A stretch of DNA of 64,000 nt from a virus. Taxonomy: Duplodnaviria; Heunggongvirae; Uroviricota; Caudoviricetes. Positions 26,335-34,869 of this stretch are shown piece after piece; within the stretch, counting starts at the first letter, position 1; the number at the start of each line of letters is the position of its first letter. A model generated the notes under the pieces. The model was not told where the DNA came from. It did no database searches and saw nothing but the letters and a program-made list of their open reading frames with translations. The position numbers and the translations under genes were made by a program. Location of the stretch: the IMG/VR virus record IMGVR_UViG_3300042400_000444. One strand, written 5' to 3'.

Positions 26335-26458
26335 GTGCGGGTGCTGGAACAGGGATACAGCTCAGCGGCAGTTGAGGCAAAGGGTTCGAGTCCCTTGGAA
26401 GTTCGCAAGACTTTTAGTATGGTACTGTTGGAGGCTCGAGTCCTTCCTCGCACACCAA
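26335..26458 (+). tRNA. ~124-nt tRNA-like locus with a good acceptor stem and two T-arm-like motifs (candidate intron-containing or fused tRNA)
   Basis: Acceptor GTGCGGG/CTCGCAC pairs 7/7 with one G-U. 3' T-arm GGAGG-CTCGAGT-CCTTC. Internal AAGGG-TTCGAGT-CCCTT. CCA. Confidence 0.3.
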
Positions 26459-26463
26459 ATAAA

Positions 26464-26530
26464 ATGTTACTGCTCAGTAACATTTGCCGTCAAAACCGGC
26501 TAAATCAGTTCAAATGTTACTGAGCAGTAA
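26464..26530 (+). promoter_or_regulatory. two copies of an 18-20-bp dyad-symmetric site ATGTTACTG-NN-CAGTAACAT, centres ~50 bp apart
   Basis: 26464-26483 ATGTTACTGCTCAGTAACAT; 26514-26530 ATGTTACTGAGCAGTAA. Lies between a tRNA-like locus and tRNA-Gly. Confidence 0.4.
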
Positions 26531-26539
26531 GATTAAAAT

Positions 26540-26616
26540 GCGGGATTAGCTCAGCTTGGTAGAGCACGACGTTGCCAACGTCGTTGTCAGGAGTTCAAAT
26601 CTCCTATCCCGCTCCA
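26540..26616 (+). tRNA. tRNA-Gly (anticodon GCC)
   Basis: Acceptor GCGGGAT/ATCCCGC, D-arm GCTC-AGCTTGGTA-GAGC, anticodon arm CGACG-TTGCCAA-CGTCG, T-arm AGGAG-TTCAAAT-CTCCT, CCA. Confidence 0.8.
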
Positions 26617-26624
26617 AATTTCAA

Positions 26625-26653
26625 TTGACAAAATGTCAAAACGAATGTATAAT
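26625..26653 (+). promoter_or_regulatory. sigma70-type promoter
   Basis: TTGACA-N17-TATAAT. Confidence 0.55.
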
Positions 26654-26679
26654 ACACTTAATTAAAAAAGGAGGCTATT

Positions 26680-27078
26680 ATGTCTTACAACTATAAAGAA
26701 GTAGAATTTAACGAATTAAAAGGTAAAGTGTTGACAAGCGTAGTAGTCAACGAATACAACGATGAAATTGTGTTTAAAACTACAGACGGCGAAGTATATA
26801 CTTTGTATCACGCACAAGATTGTTGTGAGTCAGTAGAAATTGAATCTATCGTTGGTGACTTGTCTGACTTAGTTGGCGAAGAAATCTTACTGGCAGAAGA
26901 AGCACAAAACTTATTTGACTTGATTAAATCTGCAGGCGAAGTAGAAGAAGATGAATACGGTTCACACACATGGACATTTTATAAATTAGCAACTCGCAAA
27001 GGGTACGTTGACATCAGATGGTATGGTTCAAGCAACGGTTACTATTCAGAGGAAGTTTCTTTTAAAAGAGAGCAGTAA
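26680..27078 (+). CDS. hypothetical acidic protein
   Basis: RBS AAAGGAGGCTATTATG. 132 aa. Confidence 0.5.
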   Translation: MSYNYKEVEFNELKGKVLTSVVVNEYNDEIVFKTTDGEVYTLYHAQDCCESVEIESIVGDLSDLVGEEILLAEEAQNLFDLIKSAGEVEEDEYGSHTWTFYKLATRKGYVDIRWYGSSNGYYSEEVSFKREQ

Positions 27079-27079
27079 C

Positions 27080-27442
27080 ATGTCACACAGTGAATTAGAT
27101 TGGTTAGAATACAATGGGTGGGCAGGTCAGGATACTATTCCGCAACTTGCCCATGAAGCATTAGTACGATACTTTGTGCATGGCATGGAACCGGGTAGTT
27201 TTTTAACTGCTATGCTCGAGGGTGATTTGTTTACTGCGGCGTTTAAAGCAGACTTTGCAAACGCAGGAGCAATGGCAAAAATTGCTAAATGGATTGTACA
27301 TCATGCACCACACAATAGTTATGGTAATGCTGACATAGTTAAAAAATGGTGCAGTGACCCGACTATACGAGCAGACTTCGATAAGAAAGTGTTGTGGCAT
27401 TATTTACACACAGATGGAAAACCAAAAGTATATGACTTCTAA
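27080..27442 (+). CDS. hypothetical protein
   Basis: ATG at 27080 with RBS AAAGAGAGCAG. The six-frame ORF begins at 27008 and overlaps the upstream gene. Confidence 0.45.
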   Translation: MSHSELDWLEYNGWAGQDTIPQLAHEALVRYFVHGMEPGSFLTAMLEGDLFTAAFKADFANAGAMAKIAKWIVHHAPHNSYGNADIVKKWCSDPTIRADFDKKVLWHYLHTDGKPKVYDF

Positions 27443-27596
27443 ATTAAAACCGCAATGGATTAAAGATAAAGAAGCACTACAAACTATTAAGCCAGAAGAA
27501 CTTATCATTGTAGGAAAGATGGGAGTTGCTGGCGTAATAGATGGTAAACTTCCAAACGGTGAAGTGTACAATAGAAACATTAGAAAGAAACGATGA
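27354..27596 (+). CDS. hypothetical small protein (likely starts at internal ATG 27432)
   Basis: ORF overlapping the upstream gene. Basic C-terminus. Confidence 0.3.
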   Translation: MTRLYEQTSIRKCCGIIYTQMENQKYMTSKLKPQWIKDKEALQTIKPEELIIVGKMGVAGVIDGKLPNGEVYNRNIRKKR

Positions 27597-27835
27597 CATA
27601 CTATTGTGAGCTAAACAATGATGAGAATATAATACGCACAATGGGTGGACATAGAATAGTTGGGCGGTATGTAATAGTCGCCAGCCAATTCATTCCAACC
27701 GGGCTTACGTATAGTGCAAAAAACATTAATGATGGTATGCGATGGTACAAGCATCGAGAGAAAGCGAATTCGGACTTAACAGAAAATGAATGCAAAGCAC
27801 TAACTTTTCAAATATTAAAAAGTGAGACTTGGTGA
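27593..27835 (+). CDS. hypothetical protein
   Basis: 80-aa ORF, ATGA-coupled. Confidence 0.35.
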   Translation: MTYYCELNNDENIIRTMGGHRIVGRYVIVASQFIPTGLTYSAKNINDGMRWYKHREKANSDLTENECKALTFQILKSETW

Positions 27836-28218
27836 TGGAATTTACAATCGACCCAGAGTACTTAACAAGCGTAACTATTCATAAAGAGTGGAACACGTAT
27901 ACACACAATGGTCGCGTACCTACAGCAGAAGAACTTATTTTAATTATTCAAGGCAAGGGCGAGTGTTCGACTACAAGTTCAGAAGATCATCCAGAGTTTG
28001 CTAAGTTGCGCGAGCAGTTGGGTGCAGATGGATATATTCATATCCAGCGAGGTTGGTGGAATGGTGATGAGGTCTTAAAACCGTTTAAACTTAACGGAAG
28101 AAAATTTAAAGTAGGAGCACAGTTTAGCAGCGGTAGTGCAATGGGTACACACCTTGCTGTAAGAGCTAAACACCCCGAGTTATATAAGGATGAATACGAT
28201 GATGAAACCGTGGATTGA
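27829..28218 (+). CDS. hypothetical protein
   Basis: 129-aa ORF. Confidence 0.45.
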   Translation: MVMEFTIDPEYLTSVTIHKEWNTYTHNGRVPTAEELILIIQGKGECSTTSSEDHPEFAKLREQLGADGYIHIQRGWWNGDEVLKPFKLNGRKFKVGAQFSSGSAMGTHLAVRAKHPELYKDEYDDETVD

Positions 28219-28684
28219 AAACGTTAGTATGAAAGACATACAAGTAGGCGAGCACTTTGATGCTGGCACTAATTCTATGCTTATTCAAATTGTTGACCCT
28301 ATTACTCTTTTTCCAACACCAAAGCATACATTTAAAGAAGTGCATCAGTTTAAATTTTTAGATGCAGAAGACTCTGATGTTGCAGAGTACGGTGAAGAGC
28401 CATTGATTAGCGATCAGCAAGCAGAAGCAATTTTGCAGTTACTACAACGTGCGCTGGCCAACCATATGAACATTGTTGTACATTGTCACGCTGGTTTATG
28501 TCGTAGTGGTGCAGTAGTAGAGATTGGTGTTATGATGGGCTTTAGAGATACTGAAAAGTTTCGTAGTCCCAACTTACGGGTTAAACACAAATTAATGAAG
28601 TTGCTCGGGCTAATACACGACCCAGACGAGGAACATAACTGGCGTGATGATTATAGACATCACTTAACTAAAAGCAATATGTAA
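28190..28684 (+). CDS. protein tyrosine / dual-specificity phosphatase
   Basis: VHCHAGLCRSG is an HCx5R(S/T) P-loop signature. Confidence 0.65.
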   Translation: MNTMMKPWIENVSMKDIQVGEHFDAGTNSMLIQIVDPITLFPTPKHTFKEVHQFKFLDAEDSDVAEYGEEPLISDQQAEAILQLLQRALANHMNIVVHCHAGLCRSGAVVEIGVMMGFRDTEKFRSPNLRVKHKLMKLLGLIHDPDEEHNWRDDYRHHLTKSNM

Positions 28685-28695
28685 AGGAGTAGTAC

Positions 28696-28890
28696 ATGAT
28701 TAAGTTATCCCCAACGGGTAAAATATCCAAAAATGCTAACAAGGAACTTTGTTTAGATACTAAGTTTACTGTTAGCATTGATGTACGTGACGTAACGTAT
28801 GCTAACATTGATGAAAAGATTGCTGAGCTTATTGCAGAGGCACACAAAGTCAAACAAGTACTCGAACAAAACATAGTAACATCAAATTAA
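28696..28890 (+). CDS. hypothetical small protein
   Basis: RBS AAAGGAGTAGTACATG. Confidence 0.4.
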   Translation: MIKLSPTGKISKNANKELCLDTKFTVSIDVRDVTYANIDEKIAELIAEAHKVKQVLEQNIVTSN

Positions 28891-28898
28891 AAGAATAC

Positions 28899-28974
28899 GC
28901 AACCTTAGCTCATCTGGTAGAGCACCTGCTTGAAGCGCAGGGTGTGCTTGGTTCAAGTCCAAGAGGTTGCACCA
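28899..28974 (+). tRNA. tRNA-Phe (anticodon GAA)
   Basis: Acceptor GCAACCT/AGGTTGC, D-arm GCTC-ATCTGGTA-GAGC, anticodon arm CCTGC-TTGAAGC-GCAGG, T-arm CTTGG-TTCAAGT-CCAAG, CCA. Confidence 0.8.
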
Positions 28975-28990
28975 ACAATAAGTACTAGTA

Positions 28991-29020
28991 TAAAATAGGT
29001 TGACTTTTTTGTAAAGTGGC
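28991..29020 (+). promoter_or_regulatory. sigma70-type promoter (extended GGTTGACTTTTTTGTAAA family)
   Basis: GGTTGACTTTTTTGTAAAGTGGCTGTATAAT. Confidence 0.5.
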
Positions 29021-29057
29021 TGTATAATACGTATATACTAAACAAATGGAGTATGTA

Positions 29058-31481
29058 ATGAAAAAACTTTTATTAGTACTATCGCTAGTAACAGCCGTTA
29101 TTAGTCAACCGATTTATTCTGCACCACTAACCCCTGCACAAATAGCAATAGCGGCAGAAGAAGTTAGGGTTGCACAAGCGGCCGCAACAGCGGCGTGGAA
29201 TGCAAATTATGCGGCAATTTTAGCAGAAAATGCCCGACAAGTCCAACTTGTCTACGGCACACCGGCAGCAGTTGCTCCTGTAGCAGTTGCTCCAACCTTA
29301 ACTCCAGCACAGATTGCGGCAGAAGAAGTTAGAGTTGCGCAATCTGCTGCGGCTGCAAAGGCAGCGGCAAATTATGCGGCAATTTTAGCAGAAAATGCCC
29401 GACAGGTTGCACTAGTTTACGGCACACCAGTTGTTGCTCCGGTAGTTGTTGCTCCAAAAGTTGTTCCTGTAGTTGTTGCTCCGCTAAATTTTGTCGGACT
29501 ACCTATACTTCCACAATACGACACCCCAGAGCTTACAGCTAATAACATTTCGCCAGGCAAGACTAACGACAACGTGTTGAATGTAATTAACGCCGAGTAT
29601 GCTTGGTCACGTGGTTACACAGGTAACGGCAGTACCATTCTTATTATTGATAGTGGTATTAACGCGAATCATAAAGAATTTACTGGCAGTATTGGCTTTA
29701 CAAAAGACTTTATTAACAGCAAGTATGGCATAGTTGATGTACAAGGACACGGTACTGCGATGGCAGGTATTGCGGCCGCAAACTACGACGGGGTGGGTAT
29801 GGCAGGTGTTGCACCAGATGCAACATTAGCTATTGCTAAAGTAACAGACAACACAGCATTTAACTTTTCACAAGCTCGTAATGCGTTAAAGTGGGGAGAT
29901 AGTATTGGTGCAGTTGTGGCTAATATTAGTGCTAATACTACATATGATGCTACTTATATTAAAAATATGGTTAAGCTAAGTGATGGCAACTATACCAACA
30001 CTGACCCACGTTATATTGGCAAGTACTTTATGGATGAGGACCCTAAATTGTGGGCAAAATCATTAAGTCCTAATATGGTTATTGTTAATAGTGCAGGTAA
30101 TGGCGGATATGCTTATTCGTATCAGCCCGGTACACTTGCTACCGCAGTTGATGCAAATGGTAAGTTGATATTAGGTGGGCAAATGCTTATCGTTGGCTCT
30201 TGGGATACTGGTACTAACAACATTGCTAGCACCAGTAATAAAGCAGGTAGTATTTGTAAAATTGTAGTAAATGGTGTATGTGGAGATGCATACAAAGTAA
30301 GTGACTTCTTTATTATGGCACCGGGTAATGTATTTGCTCCAAGTAAAACAGGAACAGATGTTTATGCTATTAGTACCGGTACAAGTGAAGCGGCCGCAGT
30401 AGTGTCAGGTAGTGTAGCAATTATTCACCAAATGTGGCCACAAATGACAGCGGCTAACATAGTTAAGTTATTGCTAGTAACAGCAAACAAGGATTTGCCT
30501 AACTACAATGTAAACGTAATGGGACAAGGTTTGTTGGATTTAGAAAAAGCAACCCGTCCAGTTGGTGTACTTGGTATCCCAACAATTGGTCGCACAGGCG
30601 TTACTGCTACATTAGGTACATTTACAACTAGTACATCAGCTGGGTTATCTGCGCTGAATACTAAATTAAGTAGTGTGATGACACTTGATTCGTTTGGGCG
30701 TGATTACTATGTAGACATGTCACAAGCAAGTAATAACAAAACACCACGTGTTGCGTTTAATCCAATTACTAACGCAAGTTTTTACGAAGATTACAATCCG
30801 TACAATAAATTAACTTACTTTACAAACAACGGCAAGTTACAGTCGGGTGAATATGATATTAAGTTAAGTATGAACGAATATACTTCGCAAGCAATGGCTG
30901 AGATTGGTAAAACAACTAAGTTCGGCGATATGACTAAGATGCGTATAGGTTTTGGGTCATTAAATGAGCGTAACGCTTGGACTGGTAATAGTATTAGTGG
31001 TGCTTTGGGTACAGTTGATAGCAGTTACACGACATATACTAATATCGGTGGTGTACATAACTTGAATAAGAACGTTAGTGTATTTGGCACAATGTGGCTT
31101 GGTGTTACGCAAGCCAATCTACAACAAAGTGGCTTGATTACTAATGTAGGTGATACACAAAGTTATAGCTGGAACATTGGGTTAAATTACACTAAAGATA
31201 AGCATAGCGTTGGCACAACAGTTAGTCAGCCAATGACAGTATATAAAGGTACAGTTGATGTTGCTATCCCAGTTGGCTTAACTGCTAACGGCGCAGTGGC
31301 ATATGACCGTTCAACAGTAAGCATTACACCAAACGTAAATGAATATGACTTTGGTGCGTATTACAAATACAAAACAGCATCGTTAAACTTAATTGCTTAC
31401 GGTGAACATCAAATGAACTATCTAAATCAACAAGGTGTTACCAACAAACAAGTTGGATTGGGGATAGTAAAGAACTTTTAA
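29058..31481 (+). CDS. secreted subtilisin-like serine protease (S8) with N-terminal tandem repeats and C-terminal beta-barrel/autotransporter-like domain
   Basis: Signal peptide MKKLLLVLSLVTAVISQPIYSA. Two ~55-aa tandem repeats (LTPAQIA..AEEVRVAQ..ANYAAILAENARQV.LVYGTP). Catalytic triad motifs IIDSGI, HGTAMAG, GTSEAAAVVSG. The C-terminus has alternating beta-strand pattern ending ...GIVKNF. Start refined to ATG 29058 (ORF from 29046). Confidence 0.7.
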   Translation: MKKLLLVLSLVTAVISQPIYSAPLTPAQIAIAAEEVRVAQAAATAAWNANYAAILAENARQVQLVYGTPAAVAPVAVAPTLTPAQIAAEEVRVAQSAAAAKAAANYAAILAENARQVALVYGTPVVAPVVVAPKVVPVVVAPLNFVGLPILPQYDTPELTANNISPGKTNDNVLNVINAEYAWSRGYTGNGSTILIIDSGINANHKEFTGSIGFTKDFINSKYGIVDVQGHGTAMAGIAAANYDGVGMAGVAPDATLAIAKVTDNTAFNFSQARNALKWGDSIGAVVANISANTTYDATYIKNMVKLSDGNYTNTDPRYIGKYFMDEDPKLWAKSLSPNMVIVNSAGNGGYAYSYQPGTLATAVDANGKLILGGQMLIVGSWDTGTNNIASTSNKAGSICKIVVNGVCGDAYKVSDFFIMAPGNVFAPSKTGTDVYAISTGTSEAAAVVSGSVAIIHQMWPQMTAANIVKLLLVTANKDLPNYNVNVMGQGLLDLEKATRPVGVLGIPTIGRTGVTATLGTFTTSTSAGLSALNTKLSSVMTLDSFGRDYYVDMSQASNNKTPRVAFNPITNASFYEDYNPYNKLTYFTNNGKLQSGEYDIKLSMNEYTSQAMAEIGKTTKFGDMTKMRIGFGSLNERNAWTGNSISGALGTVDSSYTTYTNIGGVHNLNKNVSVFGTMWLGVTQANLQQSGLITNVGDTQSYSWNIGLNYTKDKHSVGTTVSQPMTVYKGTVDVAIPVGLTANGAVAYDRSTVSITPNVNEYDFGAYYKYKTASLNLIAYGEHQMNYLNQQGVTNKQVGLGIVKNF

Positions 31482-31492
31482 AAGGGCGAGAT

Positions 31493-31975
31493 ATGAAAAA
31501 ACTGAATTTCGATGAAGTACGTGATTTTATCAATGCACAAAGTGATGAAACTAAAATCTACATTGGCGGCGATAGTACACGCTTTCGTAAAAATGGTGTA
31601 TGGCATGCAGAATACACTATGGCAATTGTAGTACACATTGATGGAAAACACGGCTGTAAGATATTTGGTGAAAGCTCAACTGAAGTAGATTACGACCAAA
31701 AGCGCAACCGCCCAAGTATGCGTCTAATGAATGAAGTTTTCAAAATTAGTGAACTGTACTTAAAACTACACGAAGTATTAGAAGGGCGCGATGTTGCTGT
31801 ACACTTAGACATCAACCCAAACGAAGCACACGGTTCAAGCTGTGTAGTATCTCAAGCAATAGGTTACATTCGCGGTACTTGCAACGTTATCCCAATGGTT
31901 AAACCGCAAGCATGGGCTGCAAGTTACGCGGCAGATAGACTACATCACGTGCTTAAATCACAAAAAGCGGCATAA
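31493..31975 (+). CDS. hypothetical protein
   Basis: 160-aa ORF with RBS AAGGGCGAGATATG. Confidence 0.45.
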   Translation: MKKLNFDEVRDFINAQSDETKIYIGGDSTRFRKNGVWHAEYTMAIVVHIDGKHGCKIFGESSTEVDYDQKRNRPSMRLMNEVFKISELYLKLHEVLEGRDVAVHLDINPNEAHGSSCVVSQAIGYIRGTCNVIPMVKPQAWAASYAADRLHHVLKSQKAA

Positions 31976-32169
31976 AATAATCTGTCCTCTAATGTTAAAT
32001 AATACATTAAGGGACAGTATTATGATATTGTACGTAGTAACAATTAAAGAAAATGGCATAGTAACAAACAAATTCCAATACACTAGCGAATCAAAAGCAG
32101 ACAAGACAGTAGCCGACAGCAAGCTCAACGGATACGAAGTCATCAAAGAAACAATTCAAATTAACGATT

Positions 32170-32198
32170 GACAAAACAGTCGGCTGGTAGTATAATAA
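32170..32198 (+). promoter_or_regulatory. sigma70-type promoter
   Basis: TTGACA-N17-TATAAT (ttgacaaaacagtcggctggtagtataat). Confidence 0.5.
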
Positions 32199-32219
32199 TA
32201 CATTAATTAGGAGAGCGAC

Positions 32220-33116
32220 ATGCGTTTAGCAATAGCATCAGATATACATTTGGAGTTTGGTAGCATTGAATTAACCAATGACCAAAATGCTGACGTGCTA
32301 ATCTTAGCTGGCGATATTTGTGTTGCTCGTGACATTGAATTAGCAGACAAGAACATGTACAGCAATCGTAAACGTGCCGATCGTTATATTGAATTCTTTG
32401 CGCAAGTAAGCAAAGCATTTCCAAAAGTAATTTACGTAATGGGCAATCACGAACACTATGATGGTGACTTTAAGTATACTAAGGGTATTCTTCAACGTGC
32501 ATTGGCACACTTACCCAATGTACATATACTTGAAAAAGAAACATTGGAACTTGGTGACATTACATTCATTGGTGCTACTATTTGGACTGATATGAATGGC
32601 GGCGATCCACTTACACTGACAGGCATTAAAAATGCATTAAATGACTTTAGGTGTATTGATAACGGTCATAACATGGTGCAACGTAAAGTACCATTGTATG
32701 ATGACGGCATTGAATTTAATGCTGTGCGTACTGTTATTGGATACAAGTTCAAAGAAGAAGCTAGCAGGTTTACTCCAACCGACGCAATGGATGATCATAA
32801 GCAAGCTGTGGATTATATTAATCACGTTGTTGCCAATGATACCACGAAGAAATACGTAGTTGTGGGTCATCACGCACCAAGCATGCAAAGCTGTCATGAT
32901 AGATTTCGTGGCGACAGGATTATGAATGGTGGATTCTATACAGAGCTTGGCGACTTTATGGCTTATCGCCCACAGATTAAATTATGGGTACATGGTCACA
33001 CTCACGATCCGTATGATTATGTTATTGGTGAAACACGTGTTGTATGTAATCCACGCGGTTATATTGGATACGAAGCGCAAGCAACTGGCTTTGCATTGAA
33101 ATATGTTGATGTATGA
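32220..33116 (+). CDS. calcineurin-like metallophosphoesterase
   Basis: Motifs DIHLE, GDI, GNHE, GHHAP, GHTH. Confidence 0.65.
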   Translation: MRLAIASDIHLEFGSIELTNDQNADVLILAGDICVARDIELADKNMYSNRKRADRYIEFFAQVSKAFPKVIYVMGNHEHYDGDFKYTKGILQRALAHLPNVHILEKETLELGDITFIGATIWTDMNGGDPLTLTGIKNALNDFRCIDNGHNMVQRKVPLYDDGIEFNAVRTVIGYKFKEEASRFTPTDAMDDHKQAVDYINHVVANDTTKKYVVVGHHAPSMQSCHDRFRGDRIMNGGFYTELGDFMAYRPQIKLWVHGHTHDPYDYVIGETRVVCNPRGYIGYEAQATGFALKYVDV

Positions 33117-33331
33117 CATTAGACCAAGCAGAAGTTGGTGCAAGCGTTAAGGTATTAGCATTATCATTCGACGAGGAACTTTCTCGTCGAATTAATGCAC
33201 TCGGTATTAAAGTTGGCTCAACGCTAACTATTCTTCGGCAAGCAACATTCAATGGTCCAATTCACATTAGGGTAGGCACAACAGAATTAATGATGCGAGT
33301 TACACAAGCAAAGTTAATTGATGTTGCATAA
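33113..33331 (+). CDS. feoA: FeoA-like small protein
   Basis: LGIKVGSTLTILRQATFNGPIHIRVGTTELMMRVTQAKLIDV parallels E. coli FeoA [42 protein letters not shown]. Confidence 0.5.
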   Translation: MTLDQAEVGASVKVLALSFDEELSRRINALGIKVGSTLTILRQATFNGPIHIRVGTTELMMRVTQAKLIDVA

Positions 33332-33378
33332 AAACAACACCTTCGATATTTTTATATCAAAAAACAACAAAAAGGTTG

Positions 33379-33407
33379 ACACCACTGATAAATACATATA
33401 CACTATA
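33379..33407 (+). promoter_or_regulatory. sigma70-type promoter
   Basis: TTGACA-N17-TACACT. Confidence 0.45.
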
Positions 33408-33450
33408 CAAATACTATAAGTCATAGTGTATCAATTAAGGAGTATTATCA

Positions 33451-34035
33451 ATGAGTAAAATTTTATTAGCATTATTATTAGCAGTATCAGCAACACAAGC
33501 ATTTGCAGAAGATAACAAAAACTTTGTACATTTACAATATACATTCCGTGATACCGTAGCCAGCGACAGCCAAGATACAAATCGTCAAGGTGTAAACTTT
33601 ACAGTTGGTCGCAAGTTATCTGATAATTTAACTATCGATTTAGGTGAGCAATTTCGTACAGAAAAATTAAACAATAATGACGGAGTAAGCAGCACTAGAT
33701 TAGAATCTGGAGTTACTTACGCTTATGGTTTAACTAACGGTATTTCATTATATACTCGTGGCGGTTTGGGTTATAAATTTACCACTAACAGTGACTATTC
33801 TTATTACAGCATAGAACCTGGTGCTAAATTAGATTTGGCAAATGGATTTGTAGTTAGAGCTGGATACCGTTTCCGTGATAGCTTTAATAATTCATATAAT
33901 GAACAGACTGATACTGTGCGTTTAGGTGCAGATTATACTTTAGCAAAAAATCAAACTTTGACATTGGGCGTGGATCGTAGTTATGGCGCTAGCGAGTTTA
34001 TTGGTTACAACCTAGGTTATTTGGTTAAGTTCTAA
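33451..34035 (+). CDS. outer-membrane beta-barrel protein (OmpW/OmpA-like)
   Basis: Signal peptide MSKILLALLLAVSATQAFA. Alternating hydrophobic beta-strand pattern. C-terminal ...GYLVKF aromatic terminus. Confidence 0.55.
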   Translation: MSKILLALLLAVSATQAFAEDNKNFVHLQYTFRDTVASDSQDTNRQGVNFTVGRKLSDNLTIDLGEQFRTEKLNNNDGVSSTRLESGVTYAYGLTNGISLYTRGGLGYKFTTNSDYSYYSIEPGAKLDLANGFVVRAGYRFRDSFNNSYNEQTDTVRLGADYTLAKNQTLTLGVDRSYGASEFIGYNLGYLVKF

Positions 34036-34047
34036 TTTGAACTAATT

Positions 34048-34075
34048 AAAAAGGCACTTCGGTGCCTTTTTTGTT
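34048..34075 (+). terminator. rho-independent terminator
   Basis: AAAAAGGCACTTCGGTGCCTTTTTTGTT. Confidence 0.7.
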
Positions 34076-34102
34076 GACTACACTAATTAAAGGCTATATA
34101 AT
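34075..34102 (+). promoter_or_regulatory. sigma70-type promoter overlapping the terminator
   Basis: TTGACT-N16-TATAAT. Confidence 0.5.
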
Positions 34103-34108
34103 ATATAA

Positions 34109-34348
34109 ATGAACTATACACTTGAACAAATTATAGAACTAGCACAAGAAGTAGAAAGAACGGATGCTATTGATTGGGAAAACTTACCGTTGAATAAAGA
34201 CAGTATATATCAACTAGTAGGAAGTCAAGCATACGAACTATATAAGCAACACGCTGGCACAGAAGATGGCGAAGCAATTATAGTAGCAACAATCACTAAA
34301 CTGTTAGTAGAAAATTTTGTACTAAATCTCAAAGTTGAATCACGATAA
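34109..34348 (+). CDS. hypothetical small acidic protein
   Basis: 79-aa ORF downstream of a promoter. Confidence 0.4.
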   Translation: MNYTLEQIIELAQEVERTDAIDWENLPLNKDSIYQLVGSQAYELYKQHAGTEDGEAIIVATITKLLVENFVLNLKVESR

Positions 34349-34361
34349 GGAGTATTACAGC

Positions 34362-34574
34362 ATGGCTAAAACAAATGCAAGTTTTAAATTAGGTAAGATG
34401 GTTAAATTGACATTGTCTACAATCTTAGACAAAACAGAGCGCAGAAATTATCTGAATGCAATGGTAAGCGCACAGCAATCATTTATGGAAGCTAAGAACA
34501 AAAAGTTCTCTGAATTGCGCTCAACACCAGCTAATGGTGGACAAGCACGTCAGCCGCAACAACCAGCTAAGTAA
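34362..34574 (+). CDS. hypothetical small protein
   Basis: ATG at 34362 with RBS AAGGAGTATTACAGCATG. The ORF begins at 34335. Confidence 0.4.
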   Translation: MAKTNASFKLGKMVKLTLSTILDKTERRNYLNAMVSAQQSFMEAKNKKFSELRSTPANGGQARQPQQPAK

Positions 34575-34679
34575 TTTAATCAAAATAGGCAGATTTCTTG
34601 CCTATTCTCTTGACTACGGCTTCAAAATAGTGTTATAATAATAGAATAAGAGTTTATCTTAAATTAATGGAGTAACACA

Positions 34680-34835
34680 ATGTTTGAATCAATTGAGATT
34701 AGAAAAGTAGCAAATGGTTTTATTGTAATTTTAAATACAGAAGATGATGCTAAAGAGTTTGTATTTGACACAAGTCGTAAAGCAGTTAAGTTCATTCGTG
34801 AATACGTAGAAGGCAAAGTATCACAACCAGCGTAA
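34680..34835 (+). CDS. small ORF (51 aa)
   Basis: Downstream of promoter CTTGAC-N17-TATAAT at ~34609. RBS TGGAGTAACACAATG. Confidence 0.3.
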   Translation: MFESIEIRKVANGFIVILNTEDDAKEFVFDTSRKAVKFIREYVEGKVSQPA

Positions 34836-34869
34836 ATAAATATTGTATCAATTAACAAGGAACACTTCA

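Noticed and set aside
26255-26523. Two overlapping + strand ORFs (82 and 81 aa)
   Set aside because: Cover tRNA-Arg, the 124-nt tRNA-like locus and the dyad sites. GC-rich tRNA sequence generates stop-free frames.
26464-26530. LexA (SOS) boxes
   Set aside because: Half-sites contain CTG/CAG but are separated by 2 bp rather than the ~10-bp LexA spacing.
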